DNA of 64,000 nucleotides from the human T2T-CHM13v2.0 reference genome, Homo sapiens. This document shows, piece after piece, positions 56,130-64,000 of this stretch. Position 1 is the first letter of the stretch. Every line of letters starts with the position of its first letter. Where the stretch lies: NCBI RefSeq assembly GCF_009914755.1, contig NC_060947.1; one strand, 5' to 3'. Position numbers and translations under genes: made by a program. The notes under the pieces were generated by a model. It was not told the DNA's origin, did not search any database, and saw only the letters and a list, made by a program, of their open reading frames with translations.

Positions 56130-58200
56130 GTTCGATTGTGGTATGTATAGGTGTGGATCTCTTTGAGTTTATCCTACCTGTAGTTAATTGAGCTTTTTAG
56201 ATGTGTGAAGTTAAGATTTCTCATCAAATTACGGAAGGTTTCAGTCATTATTTCTCCAAATATTCTTTCTGTTCCCTTTTCTTTCTCCTGTTCTTCTGCA
56301 ACCCCCATTATGTATATGTTGATATACTTGGTGGTGTCCACAGGCCTGTTAGTCTCTGTTCATTTTTCATTCTTATTTTCTTTGTGTTCCTTAGAGTGGA
56401 TAATCTCAATGGACCTACCTTCAAGTTTGCTGATTCTTTCTTCCACCTTTTCAAATCTGATGCTGAGCCCTCTAGTGAATTTCTCCTTTTATTTACCGTA
56501 CTTTTCAATTCCAGAATTTCTATTTGGTTCTTTTATACTCTTTTAACTCTTTATTGACATTCTCTGATAAGGAATCATTTTCATACTTTCCTTTAGTTCT
56601 CTATACCTGATTTTCTTTGGATTTTAAATATACTTAAAGTAGTTGATTTAAATTTTTTTGTCTAATAAAGCCAACATTTGAGCTTCCTCAGGGACAATTT
56701 CTACTGATCGCTTCTTTCATATGTATAAGCCATAATTTCTTATTTATTTGCATGTGCTATAAACTTCTGTTGAAAACCTGACTTGTATGTGGCAAGTCTG
56801 GAAATCAGACCCCACCCAGGATTTGTTGTTGTTGCCATTTATTTTTGTTAATCCTGCTGTTTATTTGATGACTTTCCTGGACTAATTCCATACAGCATGT
56901 ATTTTGTGTCATGTGTGATCACTAAAGTCTCTGCTCAGTTATTCTAGTGGTCAGCTAATGATGAAACAGAGATTTCCTTAAATAACTGGAACCAAATATT
57001 GTCTCAGCCTTTGCAGAGGGGCTTTGTAAAATCGTTGGGACATGCCTTCAGCCATTCAGCAATTTACAACTCTTTCTTAGCCTTTACCTCCTGCTTTCAA
57101 ATGAAGAACCACAAGATCAGCAAAGATGAGAGATTAGGACCTTATTAGGTATTTTTTTGGGCAAGCACACAGTCCTAGCCATTTGCATGACTGCTATGGT
57201 CTGAATGTCCTCCAAAATTCATGTATTGAAATTTAATTGCCAATATGATAGTATTAAGATGTGGGTCCATCATTAGTGGGATTTAGACCCTTATAAAAGA
57301 GGCTTCACACAGCATTCAGCCCTTTATGTTTTTCTGCCATATGAGGACATAACATTCATTCATTTGACCCTCCACCTCCTGCCATGTGAGGATGCCTCTT
57401 CAAGAAGATGTCATCAATGGAGCAGACCCTCACCAGACACCAAATCTGTTGGTGCCTCGATCTTAGACTTCCTAGCCTCCAGAACTGAGAAATAAATTTC
57501 TGTTTTTTGTAAATTACCCAGTCTCAGATATTTTATTATAGCAGCACAAGGGGACTATGAAAATGGCCTTCTAGATAACTAGGAAAATGTTGAAGCTTTT
57601 CAAAGCTTACTGTGGATATCTTATTCCCTGGCTTTTCTTTTTAAATTTTTTGATCAGCTTCTTAATTGCCCCAAGTTTTATTGCTGTCTTAGGCAATTGC
57701 AATATTAAACAATTGCCACTGATTGTTTTCAATACTCCAAGGAAAAGGCTATTTGCACTGAGCGAGGTCTGAGTTAGGTAAAATAAAGATAAGCCCTGTG
57801 AATTGGGGTTTTAATGGAAATGCCATACAGGTCAAATAATGACAGTTCTAAGAATAGTTGTTTTGGGAGGTGCTAAACTCATTCTTTCCCTTCCAGTGGC
57901 CACTAGCCTGCTGATCTTCACCATGATTATGAGGCTTTTGGTTTTCAAAGCTACTGTGGAGCTGGGAATGGGGTGGGACTGTGAAAAAGGCAAGTTTAAA
58001 TGCCACAAAACTCACAGTTTTTAACTGAGATTCAGCCACTTTTCTTGAATAAATGCTTCTTAGATTGTTGCAAGTCTATGGTTAATTTCTAGAGTTCTGG
58101 AAAAATTGATTTTGCCATTTTTTTCCAGTGTTCTTATTGCTTTTATGGAGGAGTGGCTTTTTGGATATCCTTACTTTACATTATCACCAACAATCATTCC
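56130..58200 (-). mobile_element. Old L1M 5' region (ORF1 start plus 5'UTR)
   Basis: ggtgtggatctctttgagtttatcctac; ttcagtcattatttctccaaatattc; tttcttgaataaatgcttc. Confidence 0.8.
57192..57562 (+). mobile_element. MST (MSTC/D-like) solo LTR
   Basis: tgctatggtctgaatgtcc...ccctcaccagacaccaaatctg...ttatagcagcacaa; TSD ATGAC/ATGGC. Confidence 0.88.
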
Positions 58201-59404
58201 CCTAAGTATACCCTAGGTATTACTAATCTTGTTATTAATATTGATTAATATGTCATGGTTTAACTTTAGACTTCAAGGAAATGTTTCTTTTGGCTAATTC
58301 TGGATGGCTCTGGTAGTTTTAGGCCAAGTTTCTAGCAGCTCAGCGTCAAATTGTACTTACAGCATTTAGTGGCTATTGGCCATTGTGTTGGCTATTGTGT
58401 GTCAGTCCAAGGAATCATTGTGGGATCATTGAGGATATTATCCTCCTTCAAAGCCTGTTCTGAAAGAATTCCATAGTATTTTCACCTTCTTTTTTTGAGT
58501 CTTCCTTTTCAATCCATTTCACTATTTCTGAAGAGAGAGACAGCAATGTCCTTACTTCAGACACGAACTCCAGAAGGAATTTTTCTTTCAGTTATTTTAC
58601 ATATTACCCAAGAGTTGCAAGTCAAAAAGCTAACTTATTTGAAAATCAAGTAACAGAAATAAAAGTAAATGAAAGACACTTCAGGAGGCATTCAAAATGG
58701 CATCGTTATTTCATATTTGGAGAATCCTTCTGCTAACAGATATCAATGCTGGATAAAATTTAGAGGAAATTTAGAAGACATAACTGTACTCTAAAAAGAT
58801 ACATATCTCAATGGTGGAAAATCTGGACAGAAACACAGGAAACTGAAAGCAAGGTTGATATCACAGGGCCATAGTACTCCTGGTCCAGATGTAGGCAGAG
58901 GTGGTTAAGTGGTTGAGTTTTGGAATAGCAGACACTAAATGTGTTTGATAGGATGAAAGACTAAAGTTAGGCTTGCTGCTCAGAAGCAGAGGCTGGAGTG
59001 GGTGGGGGTTGGTTAGTCTTTCCTGCATTAGAAAAAAGTTAAAAACAGCTTCACCACTGCTTGTCATTATGACTTGTATAAAGCTGTATACCAAGGAAAT
59101 GGGAAGAAGCAGACACAGCCTAGCGACTCAGTCTAAATTCCTGGATGGCTCAATAATTATATCTGCAATACCACCAATATCACATCAGGACAAGAGACTT
59201 AAGCCACTGGGTTATGGACTGGAGGGTGGAGACTGGGGTGTTAGTGAGTAGAAGCAACTACAAATTTACTAAGAAGAGAGGTTTGATAAAACAAATTGAT
59301 TGCTCCAATTTAAATTGAGACTGCAAACTAACATTCAAAAAACCAAAGCTGGCAGGGTATTAAAATTTGTTAGATGCGAGTGTTGAGTACATGGTGTCTG
59401 TTAT

Positions 59405-59410
<6 letters not shown>

Positions 59411-59447
<37 letters not shown>
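59411..59447. repeat. (TG)18 microsatellite
   Basis: Direct count. Confidence 0.98.
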
Positions 59448-59449
<2 letters not shown>

Positions 59450-60619
59450 CTGTGTTTTAGCGATTTAATACCTGAAAAGATACCCAGAATATCAGCTTTA
59501 ATATATTGACCTCAATTTTTCACCAAATATTTAGAAATATGTTTTACCAATGTATGCAGGACATGGGGCTGTTGAGCAAACTTGATTATTTTCTCCCCAT
59601 TTTTTAAAGTGAAACCTTAAATATGTTCCTTTATTTCTTAGGGCCTCAATTTTCTCATGTATAAATCTAAGATGTTTGGCCTAAATGATCCCTAAGTATA
59701 GTTCTAGCTCCGATGTTTTGTGAGATTAGGATGTTTTCCACAGGGCGGAAGCTGAAAGAAAGAGAAGTTATATAGCTGCAGCCTAAGGCCTATGAACTTT
59801 GGAAAAACCTGTGATCTCCCCTACCCCACCCTAAACTCTCAGCTCGTCTGCTCTCGTTTCTTCTCTCCTTATCATCTTCAGTTCGGTCAATAGCTTAGCT
59901 GGTCTAGTACAGTTGGGTAATCATAGAAAGGTGCCATACATTTGTCTTTGCAACAATTACCTCTCATACATATCCTAGTGAGCACTGCATTCAGATAGGT
60001 AACAGACATCTGGCAACATTTTTATGTTTATGCACAGCAGGGAGCAGTGTGTTACTCAAATCTGGCACAGAAAGCCTCAACACTCACATCTTCCTTTGCT
60101 GCTTCCTGAGCTGCTGTCCCTGTTCAATCTGACTAGTCTCTGTTCTTCAGCTATTCTTTCTTGCTTGATCTGAAGCCTTGACCTTGGACCTTCCTTTAAA
60201 TGCAGACTCTGCTCCTGCCTTTATAGTTTAGTCCAGTCTGGCTGTTTAAAAACTCACCTTTGCCAGTCTCCCCTGCTGAGATCTTGCTTTTAGCCTGTTC
60301 GCTCTGGATCTGTGGGACACTACTTTTGACTGCTCTGCCCCCTGTCCCTGGCTCCCTGAGGCCATACAGTTCTTGGGATCTAGCTTGCCTTTACCACACT
60401 GGCCTGGCCCAACCTGCCATGTCCTACTGCTTCCTAGGTGGCTGTGTAGAAAGGAAAATTGACTCTCATTTGGCTCCAGCCTCCAATGATGAAGGAAGCT
60501 CCCTGCCTTTGATAAAAACAAGAAGTCATGTAATCTCAGCCTAAAGCAGAAAGTCTTCTAAAAGAGCTAATATCTTTCCAAACAACAGCCACTTTAATGA
60601 ATATTTAAAAGGCACCTAA

Positions 60620-61530
60620 TATGATTTTAAAATAGTCTTTTAAAAATGTAATAGTAGTTTTTACTGTGTAAAATGTAGAATACAGAGTAGTGAAAAGAAA
60701 ATAATAAAAAGTACTTGCAATACTATTTCACTGAGAGACGACTGCTATCCAGGTACATATGTTTTGGTGTTCTCTCTCTCTCTTCATATATACATAATAC
60801 ATATATATATATGATATATATATAAAGGTCATTATATATATGTGTGTGTACATATACATATGTGCACATACATACACACATAGAATACGAATTTTTTTAC
60901 CAAACAGGATTGGCTTGTATATAATATTTTCCCAAACATCATACTAAATTATGATATATGATGTCCACATTTCCATGTCATTATGCATGCCTCTATAACA
61001 TTTTCAATAGCTGCATAGTATTCTACTCTCAACCTAAGAAGATATAATTTAACCACAGTTTTATTGTTGAATATGTAAATTGTTTGCAGTTTTTTGCTAT
61101 TATAAATAATTATGGAATTAATCTCCCTCTGGCTAAATATTTGTATCATTCTCTGACAATTTTCTGAGGATCAATTCCTAGAAGCAAAAACACTGGATTA
61201 AAGAATATGCATATTTTGAAGGCCATTGAAAGGTATAGCCAGACTGACTTTCGAAAGGTTTACAGAGATATACACTCTAACCAGCATATTGGAGGAAGGC
61301 TATTTTGGGGGAACTCTTGACATCCTGAATATTATCTGTGTTTTAAAATTTTACAAACTTGTTAGAAAAAAATTGCTATTTCATTCTTGCTTTAATTTGC
61401 ATTCATTGATTACCATTGAGGTTTTTAATTTTGCTATACATTTATTGGCCACTTGTATTTCTTTTTCTATGAATTTCCTTTTTGTGTTTTTCTGCCCATT
61501 TCTCCATTAGTGTGTTTGCCTCTGTCACAT
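60620..61530 (-). mobile_element. L1ME 3' region with (TA)/(CA) low-complexity patch at 60770-60880
   Basis: aatagctgcatagtattct; gttgaatatgtaaattgtttgcagttttttgctattataaataat; tttaatttgcattcattgattacc. Confidence 0.75.
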
Positions 61531-62059
61531 TGATTGCAATATCTTCTAATGAGATTTTGAAAACAGAGGTATAAAGTGGTTTCACTACAACTGTCCTAGC
61601 CAATTTCAGTTATAGGCAGGAGTAGAGTCTTTTGCTCATTTATTATTTCAGCATCACTGCAAGTCAGAACTGGAGCCCACAGGCAGGATAGACATGTTTG
61701 AGAGCATGAAAATAAGTCCCAGAGAGGTTCAGTGGCTTACCCAGCATCGCTGTGAAGTTCAGTGGCTGATCTGAGATGTGACATCCATCTTCCCAAATAT
61801 CGTCATTTTACGGTGCCAATCTCAGGTACCAAAGACATCCAGCGGGGAAATAGCAAAAATACCTCTTTCTTGATGCCAGCATATTTAGATTCAAGTAAAC
61901 CCAGAAGCTCAGTTATACACAAGGTATTTAATGATTGACTGGCCAAGGTAAGGTGAACACTTGATCATTTTATTCACCTTGTTTTATTACTTTATTCTTC
62001 TTTACACAAACCTCTGGTCGTTCTTCATTGTCTCCAATCAAGTCTAAGATTCCCCACCT

Positions 62060-63240
62060 CAGCATTGAAGACTCTTAATCTGCTTCCACACAGCTGCATG
62101 CCCGTCTCCCCACTCTTCCAAATGCATTCCATTCAGATTGGTCTTCTCAGGGATCCCATGTGTGCCATTCTCTGTAGCAGCCCCTACACCTCTGTTTTTC
62201 TCCACACTTGCAACGCTCTTTCCCCTCCTCTTTCTCATGCCTATATAAATACTTCCTGTCCTCCAGGGTCCACATGGAGGGCCACTTCCATGGAGTCTCT
62301 CTTTCTCAGCTTTCATAGATCCTTTCCTCCTCACATCTACCTCTTAAAGCCTAATTACCAACTGTTGCTTTGTTGTGTGTTGTCCTGTCTCTTAGGGCTG
62401 CATGTTGTTTGTCTTATGTCCCCGAAGCAGAGGATAAGTATTAATATTTTGGAGTTATACAGGGATTAGTGTTGCGGCAGAATCTGAATACATCTTGCCT
62501 ATCAGTATGAGTTAACCTGGAGCAGAGGTGTATAAATTGGTAGCTGTTTATTGGTATTTGCGGAGTTGACAGTTTCATTGAAATATGTACTAAACACTTA
62601 CTGTGTGTCCCTACTTTGCTAGATATGTGTTAAGAGGTTTGAGCCTTCAAGGAACTCACAGTCCACTGGGGGAGGTTGATCTAGGTTTTAGACTTGTCTC
62701 TGCAAGTAACTTAATAGTGTACCTTGGGAAAGTCACATAATCATCTTATTTATTCATTCCACAAGCTTTATCTAAACTTCTTATGCGTCAAGCAATGCGC
62801 TTAGCATTGGGAATACAGAGATGTATGAGATAAATCAGTCTCTGCCCTCCAAAAGCGTATATATGTGCAGCTATTTATGATACAATATGATAAGTACTGT
62901 AGTGAAAGTACATAAAAAATGCCATGGGGAAGGGAGGGTAAGTCACACTTAAGGGCTTACTAGGTGGCAAGTACTATGTAAATGCTTTCAGCTTGGGTGG
63001 TATGAGGCATGGAGGCAGGACTTTGCAGAAGGTGGGCATTTAGACTGGACAAGTTTGTTACTGAATTAGAAGGTGGAGGGAGAAAGAAGGCAAAACTTCA
63101 AAATGTTACAGGAACTGAGGGAGTGTGTATCTATGTATGTTTTGTATGTTGGGAGAGTGTGAGAGAGTTGAAGGAGAGCTCTGAGAGTTAGGCTAGCAAT
63201 GGATTGCAAAGGGTCTTGAATGCCATGTTAAGGAATTTAG
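62060..63240. mobile_element. Cluster of L2 fragments (both strands) with a small MIR piece
   Basis: tattcattccacaagctttatctaaacttcttatgcgtcaagc; gggtcttgaatgccatgttaaggaattt; accttgggaaagtcacataatc. Confidence 0.65.
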
Positions 63241-63336
63241 GGAAAGGGATAAAGGTTTAGAATGTTAACTGTGTGGAAACAGAAAGGAAATGATAAATAG
63301 GAGTGAATAAAAAAGCATGCCGCTCCCCCAGCCCCA

Positions 63337-63550
63337 AGCAGGGTGACTATAGTCAATAATATGTGTTTCAAAATAACTAACAGAGTAAATTTTAAATGTC
63401 TCACAGTAAAAATGATAGGCAAGCTAGGTGATGGATATGTTAATTAGCTTGATTTAATCATGCTGCATTGTATACATACCTCAAAACATTACACTGTACT
63501 TCATAAATGTATACAATTATGCTTTGTCAATCAAAAATAATATTAATAAG
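63337..63550 (+). mobile_element. L1MA 3' tip
   Basis: agcagggtgactatagtcaataat...ggtgatggatatgttaattagcttgatttaatc...gtcaatcaaaaataa. Confidence 0.88.
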
Positions 63551-64000
63551 TTTTTTGAAAAATCATGTTCCTTTCAAGAAATTTAAATGCTTAGGCTGTT
63601 CTTATAGGTGCCTATGTGGTGGTGTATGTAAAGGAGTTTGCTGAATTCTAAAGTCTTGCAATGACATTGTCCTTGTTGTTGCTAAAGTGGAAAACACTCA
63701 GTCCCTATTCTCAAATCAAAAATCTCTTTCCAGTTGTTCAGTATATCAGCTGTTAACATGTTACCATAAAGGATTCATTCCTTTGGCAAAATCATTCCCC
63801 CTTCTTGGCCATCCTCCCTTCAAAATGCAAATATCTCTGTGACAGTAAACACATCAACCCCTCACCCTTCAGTATGAATGAGTTTTAGTTTTGCTTTATC
63901 TTGAGGGATGCAGAGAACAGCATGGGGGAGAGAACCTTGGAGGACAGAGAACATAGAGCTGTCTCTGCCATTGAAGCAAAAGCAGACAGGCAACAGCCCA

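Noticed and set aside
61826-61953. Possible plus-strand exon ending AAG/GTAAGG
   Set aside because: Weak acceptor and stop codons in all three frames.
43860-64000. Many 60-134 aa ORFs in the right third of the window
   Set aside because: No recognisable domains; most overlap L2, MIR or L1, and their lengths match random expectation.

Overview
Primate (human-like) non-coding DNA made up mostly of transposable elements; I find no credible host protein-coding gene. The main element is a decayed 7.5 kb ERV9/LTR12-family provirus on the minus strand (11577-19120). It has both LTRs, a tRNA-Arg PBS, a PPT, gag, pro, RT, RNase H and env TM. Its integrase and env SU are replaced by an AG-rich tract plus a second, heterologous RNase H remnant. 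The provirus lies in a ~19 kb nest of insertions that splits one L2 element. A second ~9.3 kb nest splits a Tigger DNA transposon and holds a probable 3'-UTR-only retrocopy of an unidentified mRNA. Other notable structures are three 5'-inverted (twin-primed) L1s, a palindromic 34-bp minisatellite inside a 126-bp tandem duplication, a perfect 17-bp fold-back hairpin and an Alu insertion with only 12 nt of body. Subfamily names come from remembered consensus sequences and need RepeatMasker/Dfam confirmation. I do not see a new gene system. The interesting signals concern retroelement recombination and local template-switch mutagenesis.
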